From NCBI GenBank assembly GCA_965224025.1, contig OZ245033.1, positions 1,152,001 through 1,216,000 of the forward strand: a stretch of 64,000 nt of DNA, read 5' to 3'. The DNA comes from Candidatus Multivorans sp. Its GTDB lineage: Bacteria; Acidobacteriota; Thermoanaerobaculia; Multivoradales; Multivoraceae. Shown piece after piece: positions 32,030 through 42,303 of the stretch (positions are counted from its first letter, which is position 1; every line of letters begins with the position of its first letter). Under the pieces are notes generated by a model. It saw only the letters and a list, made by a program, of their open reading frames with translations. It had not been told where the DNA came from and searched no databases. The position numbers and the translations under genes are program-made.

Positions 32030-32722
32030 GTGGTCTGGGGCGGCGCCGGTTTCCGCGGCCTCGCGTCGTGCCGGTCCGAGTTGCTGGCGGCGCTTCGGGA
32101 ACGCTCGGACTGGGAGGTCGAACTCGGCTTCGGCAAGGGCCGGTTCCTGCTCGCGTCGGCCGCCGCCGCGCCCGGCCGCCCGTTCCTGGGCGTCGAGATG
32201 GTGTCGAAGTACTTCCGGCTGGCGGCGCGGCGGGCGACGGCGCGAGGTCTCGGGAACCTCACCCTGCTCCGCGGCGAGGCGCTCTACCTGGTCTCGACCC
32301 TGTTGGCCGAGGCGATGGCGCGCACCGTCCACATCTACTTCCCGGACCCGTGGCCCAAGAGCCGGCACCACCGTCGCCGGCTGCTCGACCCGCGCACCGT
32401 CGATCTCGTGCTGTCGCTGCTCGAGCCGTCTTCGGGACGGTTGTTCTTCGCCACGGACCACCTCGAGTACGGCGAGGCGGTGGTGGAGACGCTGGAGGTT
32501 CATCCGGCGGTCGACGTCGAGCGCCTCCCCGGCGGCTGGCCCGAGGGGCCGCGCACGAACTACGAGGCGAAGTTCGAGGCGGAGGGCCGGCCCATCGTGC
32601 GGCTGGCGGCGAGGCTTCGGCCCGGCGCCGCCAGCCTGCTCCATCCGGGCGGCCGGGCGGCCATCCTGGTCGCGCCGGCCGCCGCGGGTCAGCTCGAGAG
32701 CGCGAGCCGCACTTCGTCGTAG
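32030..32722 (+). CDS. trmB: tRNA (guanine-N7)-methyltransferase
   Basis: VELGFGKGRFL, FLGVE, YFPDPWPKSRHHRRRL, ATDH, TNYEAKF. Confidence 0.9.
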   Translation: MVWGGAGFRGLASCRSELLAALRERSDWEVELGFGKGRFLLASAAAAPGRPFLGVEMVSKYFRLAARRATARGLGNLTLLRGEALYLVSTLLAEAMARTVHIYFPDPWPKSRHHRRRLLDPRTVDLVLSLLEPSSGRLFFATDHLEYGEAVVETLEVHPAVDVERLPGGWPEGPRTNYEAKFEAEGRPIVRLAARLRPGAASLLHPGGRAAILVAPAAAGQLESASRTSS

Positions 32723-32861
32723 ACGGCGTCGCTGCAGTGGACCCGGTAACGATCGATCCGCCTGAGGCCGGAGGCGGATTGATCAGCTCGAGAGCGCGAG
32801 CCGCGCTTCATCGTAGACGGCGTCGCTGCAATAGACCCGGTAACGATCAATCCGCCTTAGG
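32689..32861 (-). repeat. Diverged 79-bp tandem duplication of the HD-gene 3' end
   Basis: 32689-32767 versus 32783-32861: 6 mismatches, 15-bp spacer, both copies include the stop codon. Confidence 0.9.
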
Positions 32862-33988
32862 TGGCGCATGAAGTGGCTGGCCTCCTCAAGCGGCAGAAGC
32901 CGGCCGCTCGCCTGACGGACGGGCACCCGGCCGCGGCCGAGGCGGTGCGGGTCCTTGGCGGAGTTCGAGACCAGAAGGCCGGCGCCGTAGCGCTGGCGCA
33001 GGGGTTCGAGGCGTCGTTCGAACGCGGTCTTCTGCTCCGGCGCCAGGTGCTCGTCGGTTTCGTGGGCGAGCCGGAAATGGGCGCGGTCGGTGATGGCGCG
33101 CGCGTGCAGGCTGTCCGAACGCCGCATCCGGGTCATCATTTCGCCGTCGTCGTCGGCCAGGAAGCGCTCGGGATCGCTGCTCCAGGTGATCCCCTGCTCG
33201 TGCAGCCACTCGTTCAGGTGGAGCTCCAGGGCCTTGCCGGTGACGTGGAAGTAGACCTGCGTGAACATGTAGTAGCGGGCCAGGATCAGGCTCTCGACCG
33301 CGTGCAGGCCCTCGGCGTCGATGCCCAGGCGGTGCTCGCCGGTCGCGTCGTCGTAGAGGGGCCGCACCGTCGAGACCACCTGGTCGAGGTCGAAGTTGCC
33401 GTAGCGGACGCCGCAGAACAGGGAGTCGCGCAGCAGGTAGTCCATCTTGTCGACGTCGAGTTCGCCACTGACGATGGGCGAGAGCAGCCGTTCCGGTCCG
33501 TCGAGCCGGTCGCCGAGCAGCCGGATCACGTCGGAGCTTGCAACGCCGTCGCCGAAGCGCTCGAAGACGCCGCCGATCTCGTCGCCGGCGAGCAGGCGCC
33601 GGCTCATCTCCTCGTGGTCGATTCCGTCCTCGAACAGATCCTCGGCCCAGTGGCTGAACGGGGCGTGGCCAAGGTCGTGGAGCAGAGCCGCGGCCCGGAC
33701 CAGGCGCCGGGCGCGCGCCCGCGGACCGGGATCGAGCGGCATCTCCTCGGCCCGCGCCAGAGCGTCGTAAACGCGCCCGGCGAGGTGCATCGTGCCGAGG
33801 GCGTGGCCGAAGCGGCTGTGCTCGGCGCCCGGGAATACCAGATGGGTCAGGCCGAGTTGGCGAATGGAGCGCAGGCGCTGCATCGGCTTCGTGCGGATCA
33901 GCGCCGCCTCCAGCTCGTCGGCTTCGATGAAGCCGTGGATGGGATCGCGGAAGGCGAGGTTGGGAGGCGCGTTCATCGGGGCAGCCAC
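32783..33988 (-). CDS. HD-domain phosphohydrolase (SAMHD1/dNTPase-like)
   Basis: FRDPIHG, QRLRSIRQLG, HSRFGHALG, LLHDLGHAPFSH, DVDKMDYLLRD, RYYMFTQVYFH. Confidence 0.92.
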   Translation of the reverse strand: MAAPMNAPPNLAFRDPIHGFIEADELEAALIRTKPMQRLRSIRQLGLTHLVFPGAEHSRFGHALGTMHLAGRVYDALARAEEMPLDPGPRARARRLVRAAALLHDLGHAPFSHWAEDLFEDGIDHEEMSRRLLAGDEIGGVFERFGDGVASSDVIRLLGDRLDGPERLLSPIVSGELDVDKMDYLLRDSLFCGVRYGNFDLDQVVSTVRPLYDDATGEHRLGIDAEGLHAVESLILARYYMFTQVYFHVTGKALELHLNEWLHEQGITWSSDPERFLADDDGEMMTRMRRSDSLHARAITDRAHFRLAHETDEHLAPEQKTAFERRLEPLRQRYGAGLLVSNSAKDPHRLGRGRVPVRQASGRLLPLEEASHFMRHLRRIDRYRVYCSDAVYDEARLALSS

Positions 33989-34023
33989 GGGTTGCTACTC
34001 TACGGCTGGCTCCGGCCAACGCG

Positions 34024-34770
34024 ATGAAGTACCGCATGTCCAGCAGTAGCGCGCCGTGGCTGGGCGCACTGTTCGTGGCTCTGATCGCGGCGCCGACGCT
34101 CGAGACCCAGTCGCCGGAGGCGCCCACGGCGCCGCCCGATCCGACGGCGGAGGGCCTCGGTCTGCGCGAGAGGCTGGACCGGCTGGTGGAGCGGGTGAAG
34201 TACGAGCAGAACCGGATCGAGACCATTCAGGCGCGCTTGGTGCAGCACCTGACGAGCGAGCTGTTGCTGGCGCCGCAGGTGAGTCGGGGCTGGTTTCGCT
34301 TCCGGCCGCCCGACGCACTGAGGTGGGAGTTCGTCGAACCGGAACCTCTGGTGATTGCCATGAACGGGGATGTGGCGACTACCTGGTACGTCGATCTCGG
34401 CACGGCGAAAGTGACCGATGTCGGCAACCTCTCGGAACAGGTCCTCACCTACCTTGGCCCCGCCGGCAACCTGGAAACGCTGATGAAGTACTTCACGGTC
34501 CAGGTGGAGTTTCCCGAGCAGGAGGGGGATCCCTACTACCTGCACCTGACGGCGGACTACCGCCGGGTGGAGAAGTACGCGACGACGATCGATATCTGGA
34601 TCGATCGCGAAAGCTACCTGCCCCGGCGTTTCAAGGTCGTGCATGCCAGCGGCGACGAGAGGCTGATCGAACTCGAGGACATGGTGCTGAACGAGCCGAT
34701 CGACGACGAGGTGTTCATACTCTCGCTGCCGGACGACGTCGAGGTGACGAAGGTCGACCTCAAGCGATAG
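34024..34770 (+). CDS. LolA-like outer-membrane lipoprotein carrier
   Basis: Signal peptide, G.F.F.PPDALRWEFVEPEP, IWID..SYLP, terminal F.L.LP..V.V pattern. Confidence 0.78.
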   Translation: MKYRMSSSSAPWLGALFVALIAAPTLETQSPEAPTAPPDPTAEGLGLRERLDRLVERVKYEQNRIETIQARLVQHLTSELLLAPQVSRGWFRFRPPDALRWEFVEPEPLVIAMNGDVATTWYVDLGTAKVTDVGNLSEQVLTYLGPAGNLETLMKYFTVQVEFPEQEGDPYYLHLTADYRRVEKYATTIDIWIDRESYLPRRFKVVHASGDERLIELEDMVLNEPIDDEVFILSLPDDVEVTKVDLKR

Positions 34771-34777
34771 GGACCGC

Positions 34778-35935
34778 GTGGGTGAGCAGCTCGCTGCGGA
34801 GACGTCCGGCGTCGCCAGCCGGCTGCGGTTCCGCGTCGACCGCCGCGACGGACTCGCGCGTCTGGGTCGTCTGACCACGCCGCACGGCGAGGTCGAGACG
34901 CCGGCGTTCATGCCCGTGGGCACCCTGGGCGCGGTGAAGGGGATGGGCCACGACCGCCTTCTGGCCTCCGGGGCCCAGATCCTGATGACGAACCTCTACC
35001 ACCTGCTGGAGCGGGTGGGCGCCGAGCGCATCGCCGGCCTCGGCGGTCTGCACGGCTTCATCGGCTGGGACGGTCCGCTGGCGATGGACAGCGGCGGCTA
35101 CCAGGTGTTCAGCCTCGCGGGGCTGCGGCGGGTCAGCGACGGCGGGGTGGTGTTCCAGAGTCCACACGACGGCAGCCGCGTGGAACTGACCGCGGAGCGG
35201 GTGGTCGAGGTCCAGGAGCTCATGGGCGTCGACCTGGCGATGGTGCTCGACGAGTGTCCGCCCTGGCCGGTGGAGCGCGAAGCGGCGGCCGAGTCGCTGC
35301 GGCGCACGACGCTGTGGGCGCGGCGCTCGCTGGACCGCTGGGGCGCCGGCGGCGAACGGGGCGCGGCCGGCCTGTTCGGGATCGTCCAGGGCAGTTTCTT
35401 CGAGGATCTGCGGCGCCGCAGCGTGGCGGACCTGGCCGCGCTGCCCTTCGACGGCTACGCCATCGGCGGCGTCAGCGTCGGCGAGGATCGCGACCTGGGT
35501 CGGCAGGCGGTGTCCTGGGTGGCGCCCGCCCTGCCCGAGGACCGGCCCCGCTACCTGATGGGCCTCGGCACGCCGGAGGACATCCTCCATGCCGTGGGTC
35601 TCGGCGTCGACCTGTTCGACTGCGTGCTGCCGTCCCGCAACGCCCGCCACGGCACGCTGTTTTCGTCCACCGGCACGGTGCGGATCAAGACCGCCCGCTA
35701 CCGGGACGATCCGCGTCCCGTGGACGCCGCCTGCGGCTGCTCGCTCTGCCGCCGCTATAGCCGCGCTTTCCTGCACCACCTGTTCCGGTGCGGAGAGATC
35801 ACGGGCAAGGTGCTGGCCACCGAGCACAACGTGCGTTTCTTTCTGGACTTCATGGCCTGGCTGCGGCGGGCGATTGGCGCCGGCAGGCTGGCCGATGTCG
35901 GCGGCGCCGGCGGACCCGGAGCGGAACGGCGATAG
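34778..35935 (+). CDS. tgt: Queuine tRNA-ribosyltransferase
   Basis: TPAFMPVGT, NLYHL, DSGGYQVFSL, GIVQG, RYLMGLG, DLFDCV, zinc motif CGCSLC...HN. Confidence 0.96.
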   Translation: MGEQLAAETSGVASRLRFRVDRRDGLARLGRLTTPHGEVETPAFMPVGTLGAVKGMGHDRLLASGAQILMTNLYHLLERVGAERIAGLGGLHGFIGWDGPLAMDSGGYQVFSLAGLRRVSDGGVVFQSPHDGSRVELTAERVVEVQELMGVDLAMVLDECPPWPVEREAAAESLRRTTLWARRSLDRWGAGGERGAAGLFGIVQGSFFEDLRRRSVADLAALPFDGYAIGGVSVGEDRDLGRQAVSWVAPALPEDRPRYLMGLGTPEDILHAVGLGVDLFDCVLPSRNARHGTLFSSTGTVRIKTARYRDDPRPVDAACGCSLCRRYSRAFLHHLFRCGEITGKVLATEHNVRFFLDFMAWLRRAIGAGRLADVGGAGGPGAERR

Positions 35936-35999
35936 GGTATGCCCTGCGGTGCGGGCTGCGCGAGGCCCGCCTGTCCGCGCCATCCCAGGAGCACCACAG

Positions 36000-36320
36000 A
36001 TGATTCTCGTGATTCTCGATTCCTTCCTGTTTGTGGCCACCGGGGGCATGCCCTCGGGGCTCGTCCAGTTCCTGCCGCTGATCCTCATCGGCGGCATCTT
36101 CTACTTCCTGCTCATCGCTCCTGAACGCCGCCGCCGGCAGCAACTGCGGAAGACCGTCGAAGCCCTCAAGCGGGGCGACCGCATCGTCACGCAGGGCGGT
36201 CTCCACGGCGAGGTCGTGTCGACCGAGCCGAACGCCGTGATCGTGAAGATCGCGGACGGCGTCAAGGTCAAGATGACCAAGGCCGCGGTGACCGGTCTGG
36301 CGGAGGAGCCGAAGTCATGA
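36000..36320 (+). CDS. yajC: Preprotein translocase subunit YajC
   Basis: FYFLLIAPE, LKRGDRIVTQGGLHG; lies between tgt and secD. Confidence 0.93.
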   Translation: MILVILDSFLFVATGGMPSGLVQFLPLILIGGIFYFLLIAPERRRRQQLRKTVEALKRGDRIVTQGGLHGEVVSTEPNAVIVKIADGVKVKMTKAAVTGLAEEPKS

Positions 36321-37891
36321 ACAGGAACCTGATCATGCGCGGCCTGCTCGTGGTCGTCGTGGTGGCCACGTGCGCCTTCTGGGCGTTTCCGCTCGGCGAC
36401 TCGATCTCGTTGGGACTCGACCTGCGCGGCGGAATCCACCTCCTGCTCGAGGTGCTGACCGACGACGCTCTGCGGGCGGAAGCGCAGAAGGACCTGGACA
36501 GCCTGGTCCAGGAACTCGACGAGAAGGGCGCCCCCGGCGTCGCCGGCGCGGTCGAATCGCCGGTCCGCTTCCGGCTCACCGGCCTGGCGGCCGATCAGGA
36601 CGAGCTGCTGCCCGACATCCTCGAGGAGACCATGCCGTACTGGACGTGGAGACGCGACGGCGAGGACGTGATCTTCGACCGCCGGGCCGACGAGGTGAAC
36701 AACATCCGCGAGCAGGCGATCAACCAGGCCCTGCAGACGATCCGAAACCGCGTCGACGAGTTCGGCGTCGCCGAGCCGGTGATCCAGCGTCAGGGCCTGG
36801 GCAGCAACCGCCTGGTCGTCCAGCTACCCGGCGTCGACGATCCGGAGCGCGTCAAGAACCTGATCAAGAACACCGCGTTCCTCGAGTTCCGCCTCGCCGA
36901 GTATCCGCCCAGCGGCGGCGCGGCCGTGGACACCCAGGAGATCCTGGGCCAGTACGGCGGCACGCTTCCCGATCACCTCGAGATCCTGGCCCAGGACCTG
37001 CGGGACGACGACGGCAACACGATCGGCCAGGGCTTCTACGCGCTGGAGAAGCGCCCCGTGATCACGGGGCGCGATCTCAAGACGGCGCGGGCCTCGCTCG
37101 GGCAGTTCCAGGAGCCGGTGGTCAACTTCTCGCTCACCCACGAGGGCGCCGGGATCTTCGGGGAGTGGACCGGCGCCAACATCGGCAGGCCCCTGGCGAT
37201 CGTGCTCGACGGCCGGGTACAGTCGGCGCCGAGCATTGAGGGCCGGATCTCGGACTCCGGGGTCATTCGCGGGTCGTTCACCCAGCAGGAGGTCGAGGAC
37301 TTGGCGATGGTGTTGCGTTCCGGCGCCCTGCCGGCGGGCATCGACTACCTGGAGCAGCGGTCGGTCGGTCCGTCCCTGGGACAGGACTCGATCGACCAGG
37401 GAACGCGCGCCTTCATGTACGGCATCGCACTCGTGGTGCTGACGATGCTGGTCGTGTACCGCGGTTCGGGCATCAACGCGATGGTGGCCCTGGCCCTCAA
37501 CTTCGTGCTCGTGTTCGGCGTTCTGGCCTACTTCGGCGCCGCCCTCACCCTGCCCGGGATCGCGGGCCTGATCCTGACCATCGGCATGGCGGTGGACGCG
37601 AACGTCCTGGTGTTCGAGCGGATTCGCGAAGAGCTTCACAACGGGCGCACGGTCAAGGCCTCCGTCGTTTCGGGCTTCGGCAAGGCGTGGTCGTCGATTT
37701 TCGACGCGAACCTGACGACCCTGATCGCGGCCATCTTCCTGATCAACTTCGGCACCGGGGCGATTCGCGGGTTCGCGGTGACGCTCACCGTCGGCATCCT
37801 GGCTTCCGTGTTCACGGCCGTCTTCAACAGCCGGCTCCTGTTCGACCTGCTCCTCTCGCGCTCAGGCCGCGTCGAGCGTTTGTCCATCTGA
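36317..37891 (+). CDS. secD: Protein translocase subunit SecD
   Basis: LGLDLRGG, RVDEFGVAEP, LRSGALPA, GMAVDANVLVFERIREE. Confidence 0.97.
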   Translation: MNRNLIMRGLLVVVVVATCAFWAFPLGDSISLGLDLRGGIHLLLEVLTDDALRAEAQKDLDSLVQELDEKGAPGVAGAVESPVRFRLTGLAADQDELLPDILEETMPYWTWRRDGEDVIFDRRADEVNNIREQAINQALQTIRNRVDEFGVAEPVIQRQGLGSNRLVVQLPGVDDPERVKNLIKNTAFLEFRLAEYPPSGGAAVDTQEILGQYGGTLPDHLEILAQDLRDDDGNTIGQGFYALEKRPVITGRDLKTARASLGQFQEPVVNFSLTHEGAGIFGEWTGANIGRPLAIVLDGRVQSAPSIEGRISDSGVIRGSFTQQEVEDLAMVLRSGALPAGIDYLEQRSVGPSLGQDSIDQGTRAFMYGIALVVLTMLVVYRGSGINAMVALALNFVLVFGVLAYFGAALTLPGIAGLILTIGMAVDANVLVFERIREELHNGRTVKASVVSGFGKAWSSIFDANLTTLIAAIFLINFGTGAIRGFAVTLTVGILASVFTAVFNSRLLFDLLLSRSGRVERLSI

Positions 37892-37901
37892 GGGTTCGTC
37901 G

Positions 37902-39077
37902 ATGGAGTTCTTTCGCAATACGAGTTTCGACTTCATGCGCCTGCGGCGCGTGTGTCTGGGCCTCTCCACTGTCGTGGTGGTCGCCTCGCTGGGCTTCATC
38001 TTCAGCCGGCCGTTGAACCTCGGGATCGACTTCGCCGGCGGCACGCAGATGATCGTGCAGTTCGCCGAGCCGCCGGATATTCAGGAACTGCGCGGGCTGC
38101 TGGAGGACGCCGGGATCGAGAACGCGTCGATCCAGTCGTTCGGCACCGAGGAGGACAACTCGGTCATTCTCAGGACCCCGACCGCCGAGGAAGCCGGGGA
38201 AGAGAGCACCGTCCGGGTCGAGGAGATGCTCCAGCAGCGATACAACGGCGGCGTTTCGGGGTTCGACCTGAACCGGCAGGGAACGGAGGCGTTGGCCTCT
38301 CTCCTGCTCGAAGCCGATCCGGACGACCAGCGCGCTTCCGGCGACGACATCGCGGCCCGGGAGCACTACCGCGCGGCTGCGGCCGAGGTGATGGCGCACC
38401 GGCGGGCCGAGGGCCTGATCACGGACTGGTCTGCTGTCCAGCAGAGCGATGCGCTGAGCGTCGCGGCGGTCGCGGCGATCCGGGAGCGCGCGACCTTCGG
38501 CAATTTCGCGGTGCTGTCGAGCGACAGCGTCCTGCCCCAGATCGGCGGCGAACTGCGGCGCAAGGGATTGCTGGCGATCGGTTTCTCACTGGCCGGCATC
38601 CTGGCCTACATCTGGTTCCGCTTCGAGTTGCGGTTCGGTATCGGCGCCCTGGTCGCGCTCGCGCACGATGTCGCCGTCTGCCTGGGCCTGTTCGCGTTTG
38701 CCGGCTACGAGTTCAACCTGACCACGGTGGCCGCGTTCCTGACCGTGATCGGCTACTCGGTGAACGACTCCGTCGTGGTCTTCGACCGCGTGCGCGAGAA
38801 CCTGCGCCGCAACCGGCGCGAGAGCCTCGTCCAGGTGCTGAACAGGAGCCTGAATCAGACCCTGTCGCGCACCGCCCTGACCTCGGGCACCACCCTGCTG
38901 GCGGTTGGCAGCCTGTTCATCCTGGGCGGCGACGTGATTCGCGGCTTCTCCTTCCTGCTCCTTGTCGGGGTGTTCGTCGGCACCTACTCGTCGATCTACG
39001 TCGCCAGCCCGATCGTGCTGGTCTGGGAGAGTTCGTTCGGCCGCGAGCGACGGCAGAAGAAGGCGGCAGCGGCGTAA
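37902..39077 (+). CDS. secF: Protein translocase subunit SecF
   Basis: LGIDFAGG, ALAHD, GYSVNDSVVVFDRVREN, GTYSSIYVA. Confidence 0.97.
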   Translation: MEFFRNTSFDFMRLRRVCLGLSTVVVVASLGFIFSRPLNLGIDFAGGTQMIVQFAEPPDIQELRGLLEDAGIENASIQSFGTEEDNSVILRTPTAEEAGEESTVRVEEMLQQRYNGGVSGFDLNRQGTEALASLLLEADPDDQRASGDDIAAREHYRAAAAEVMAHRRAEGLITDWSAVQQSDALSVAAVAAIRERATFGNFAVLSSDSVLPQIGGELRRKGLLAIGFSLAGILAYIWFRFELRFGIGALVALAHDVAVCLGLFAFAGYEFNLTTVAAFLTVIGYSVNDSVVVFDRVRENLRRNRRESLVQVLNRSLNQTLSRTALTSGTTLLAVGSLFILGGDVIRGFSFLLLVGVFVGTYSSIYVASPIVLVWESSFGRERRQKKAAAA

Positions 39078-39086
39078 GGGCAGGCG

Positions 39087-41315
39087 ATGGCGCTCGCGAC
39101 ACGACCCCGGGATCCGCTGCCGGTGCGGGCGCCGGGGGACGTGGGGATCGCGGAGGTCATCCGTCGCCTCGAAGAGAACGATCGCGCCTGCGACGAAGCC
39201 TGGCTGCGTCGGGCCTACGAGTATGCCGAGCGGTCCCACCGCGGGCAGGTCAGGCGTTCGGGAGACCCGTACATCAGCCATCCTCTCGGCGTCGCCCACA
39301 TGCTGGCGGAGTTCAAGTTCGACCAGACCAGCGTCGCCGTCGGCCTGCTGCACGACGTCCTGGAGGACACGGGCGCAACGAAGAAGGATCTCGCGTCCGA
39401 GTTCGGAGACGAGATCGCCGACCTGGTGGACGGCGTGTCGAAGATCGGCCGCCACGAGTACGTCCGCAGCGACGAGGTGCAGGCGGAGAGCTTCCGCAAG
39501 CTGATCCTCGCCTCGGCTCGCGACCTGCGGGTGATCGTGGTCAAGCTGATCGATCGCCTGCACAACATGCTCACCCTGGAGCATCTGGAGCCCGGGAAGC
39601 GGCGGCGCATCTCGCGCGAAACGCTGGAGATCTACGGGCCGCTTGCCCACCGGCTCGGGATGTCCCGGATTCAGCGGGTGCTGGAGGATCGGGCGTTCAG
39701 GCACCTGCATCCGCACCACTACGAGGACATCCGCAAACAGCTCGACGAGCGCATCAGGGGCGCTCGGAGCACGACCCGGCGCATTGCCGAGCGCCTGCGC
39801 GAGGCGCTTGCGAAAGCGGAGATCGACGCCGAGATCAGTCACCGGGTCAAGGGCTACTACTCGATCTACCAGAAGCTCCGCCGCCGGCAGATCGATCTGC
39901 CGGACCTGTTCGACTTCCTGGCCTTCCGTATCATCACCGTCGACGTGAAGGACACGTACGCCGCTCTCGGTGTCGTCCACCAGATCTGGCGTCCCATTCC
40001 GGGCCGCTTCAAGGACTACATCGCGATGCCGAAGCCGAACCTGTACCAGTCGCTGCACACGACGGTGCTGGGCCGCGGCGGGCAGCCGTTCGAGGTCCAG
40101 ATCCGGACCCAGGCGATGGACCTGCTCGCCGAAGAGGGCGTGGCGGCGCACTGGCGGTACAAGGGAGGCCGCCTCGACACCGACGAGAACGACGTCAGCA
40201 TCGTCTGGCTGCGCCAGCTCCTCGAGTGGCAGCAGGAGGTGCCGGACCCGCGCACCTTCCTGAGCGCGCTCAAGATCGACCTGTATCCCGACGAGGTCTA
40301 CGTGTTCACGCCCAAGGGCGACGTGCTCTCGTTTCCCCGCGGCGCGACACCGCTCGACTTCGCCTATCGCGTCCACACCGAACTCGGCCATCACACGAGC
40401 GGCGCGCGGGTGAACGGACGGCTGGCGCCGTTGAGGACTGAACTCAAGAACGGCGACATCGTCGAGATCACGACGAACCCGAACCGCGAACCCAGCCGCG
40501 ACTGGCTCAACATCGTCGCCACGACGCGGGCGCGGAGCAAGATCCGTCATTGGATCAACGCCGAGCAGAAGAAGCGGGCGATCGAAATCGGCCGCACGAT
40601 GCTGACCAGTGAACTGCGCCGCTACCGGGTGAGCCCGCGCCGCGTGTTCGACTCGAAGGAGATGGCGGACTTCGTGGCCGCCGAGGGCTATGCGAGCGTC
40701 GACGAATTGTTCAGCCGGCTGGGCTTCGGCCGCGGTTCGGCGAAGCCGGTGCTGCGCGCGGTGCTGCCGCCGGAGCGTCTGCGGCGCCGGGACCAGGAAC
40801 CGGGCCGCCTGCGCCAGGCGGTGAGCAAGGTGCTGCCCCGCGACCAGGCGAGGCTGGTGGTCAAGGGCGAGAACGACATGCTCGCGTTCTTCGCCGGCTG
40901 CTGCAGCCCGTTGCCGGGCGAGGACATCATCGGTTTCGTGACCCGCGGTCGGGGCGTCTCCGTCCACTCCGTGGACTGTCCCAACGTGCGCAACCTGCTG
41001 TACCACCCCGAACGGGAAATTCGGGTCGAGTGGGCGCGCCGCAACGACGCGATGTTCGCGGTCACTCTGGTCATCGAGACCCGCGACCGGCCCGGCGTGC
41101 TCGCGCGCGTCACCGAGGCGATCGCCAAGCAGGGCAGCAACATCCGCCATATCGAGAGCCGCAACCGCGGTCACGGCGAGGCCGCGATCGACGTCGTGGT
41201 CGACGTCCGCAACCGCAAGCACCTGAACCGGCTGCAGCAGTCGCTGGAAGACCTGTCCGCGGTCCGCACCGTGAAGCGCCGGCCGGGAGCGCCCCCGGCT
41301 TCGGCCGCGGGCTGA
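39087..41315 (+). CDS. rel: Bifunctional (p)ppGpp synthetase/hydrolase (Rel/SpoT)
   Basis: RRSGDPYISHP, LLHDVLED, DRLHNM, YQSLHT, EVQIRT, TGS, CC and ACT domains. Confidence 0.96.
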   Translation: MALATRPRDPLPVRAPGDVGIAEVIRRLEENDRACDEAWLRRAYEYAERSHRGQVRRSGDPYISHPLGVAHMLAEFKFDQTSVAVGLLHDVLEDTGATKKDLASEFGDEIADLVDGVSKIGRHEYVRSDEVQAESFRKLILASARDLRVIVVKLIDRLHNMLTLEHLEPGKRRRISRETLEIYGPLAHRLGMSRIQRVLEDRAFRHLHPHHYEDIRKQLDERIRGARSTTRRIAERLREALAKAEIDAEISHRVKGYYSIYQKLRRRQIDLPDLFDFLAFRIITVDVKDTYAALGVVHQIWRPIPGRFKDYIAMPKPNLYQSLHTTVLGRGGQPFEVQIRTQAMDLLAEEGVAAHWRYKGGRLDTDENDVSIVWLRQLLEWQQEVPDPRTFLSALKIDLYPDEVYVFTPKGDVLSFPRGATPLDFAYRVHTELGHHTSGARVNGRLAPLRTELKNGDIVEITTNPNREPSRDWLNIVATTRARSKIRHWINAEQKKRAIEIGRTMLTSELRRYRVSPRRVFDSKEMADFVAAEGYASVDELFSRLGFGRGSAKPVLRAVLPPERLRRRDQEPGRLRQAVSKVLPRDQARLVVKGENDMLAFFAGCCSPLPGEDIIGFVTRGRGVSVHSVDCPNVRNLLYHPEREIRVEWARRNDAMFAVTLVIETRDRPGVLARVTEAIAKQGSNIRHIESRNRGHGEAAIDVVVDVRNRKHLNRLQQSLEDLSAVRTVKRRPGAPPASAAG

Positions 41316-41582
41316 CGGGCTCACCCTCCGGCCTCCGGCGCGGACTGGACGGGATCGGCACGGCCACCGGGGCGGTCGTCTCCGCTGTTGGTCGCCGGCT
41401 GTCGGTCAAAAACTGCGAATGCAGTAAAGAAACTGGCTACTTCGACGGCCGATCTCTGGGTGCGCGGACCTTCTGGTCCGCATCCGGGCGCCGCCGCGAA
41501 GCGGCGAGCGCTAGACGAAGCGGACCGGGGGGCCGTAGACGATGGTGAAGAGCTTGCCCACGAATTCATGGAGGGAAAGAAC

Positions 41583-42266
41583 ATGATTGCGAACCGTCGG
41601 ATCCACCTTGTCGTTACCGTGGTGACCGCCGCGGCGATTCTCCTGGTGCCTGCCGCCCTGGCCCAAGACGCCAAGGAGCAGGCCACTCAGCACAGACGTC
41701 CGGCCGGGTCCGTGACCCTTCAGGCGATCCCGAGCAGCGTGCCCGAGACCGGCGGCGAGGTCGAACTGTTCGCTCTCGTGCGCGATGACCGTGGGCGGCC
41801 GCTTGAGAATGCGAAGGTGAATTTCCTCACCGAGACCGGCACGCTCGGCTCAGCGGGACGGTTGGTCACAACCGGAGCGGACGGCGGGGTCACCGACCGG
41901 CTAACGCTTGCCGCCTCCGAACTGGCCGCGGTGGGAGAGAACAGGTTTTTCCTGACGGTGGCGGTGGGCACCCCCGACGTGGCTCTGCGGACGGCGGACA
42001 GGGGCATCCGTATCCAGCGACTGCCGCAGGCTGCTTTCAAGTACAGTCCCGGCGGCCTGCTGGTCGCATTCCGCGATACTTCCGCGGGCCAGGTGACAAG
42101 CAGGCTGTGGGACTTCGGCGACGGAGCCACAAGCACGCGCCAGAGCCCGTCCCATCGGTTCGCGAAACCGGGTTACTACGCCGTGACCCTGCGCGCCGAG
42201 AACCCGGTGGGAGCGAACGAAGTGACCAGACTGATCTGGGTCCCCGGCCCGGACACGAGCGAGTAG
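41583..42266 (+). CDS. Exported Ig-like plus PKD-domain protein
   Basis: Signal peptide; WDFGDG...PSHRF..PG.Y.V.L; paralogous to the C-terminal half of the next gene. Confidence 0.78.
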   Translation: MIANRRIHLVVTVVTAAAILLVPAALAQDAKEQATQHRRPAGSVTLQAIPSSVPETGGEVELFALVRDDRGRPLENAKVNFLTETGTLGSAGRLVTTGADGGVTDRLTLAASELAAVGENRFFLTVAVGTPDVALRTADRGIRIQRLPQAAFKYSPGGLLVAFRDTSAGQVTSRLWDFGDGATSTRQSPSHRFAKPGYYAVTLRAENPVGANEVTRLIWVPGPDTSE

Positions 42267-42303
42267 ACGCTCTCTCCATAGCGTTCGTATACTGATTCGA
42301 GAG

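Noticed and set aside
30899-32861. DGR template/variable repeat pairs for the two tandem duplications
   Set aside because: Mismatches are not restricted to adenines in one copy throughout, the targets are housekeeping gene termini, and no RT is in the window.
32783-33988. HD dNTPase as an anti-phage nucleotide-depletion system
   Set aside because: Host-like codon usage and housekeeping context; nothing beyond family membership supports a defence role.
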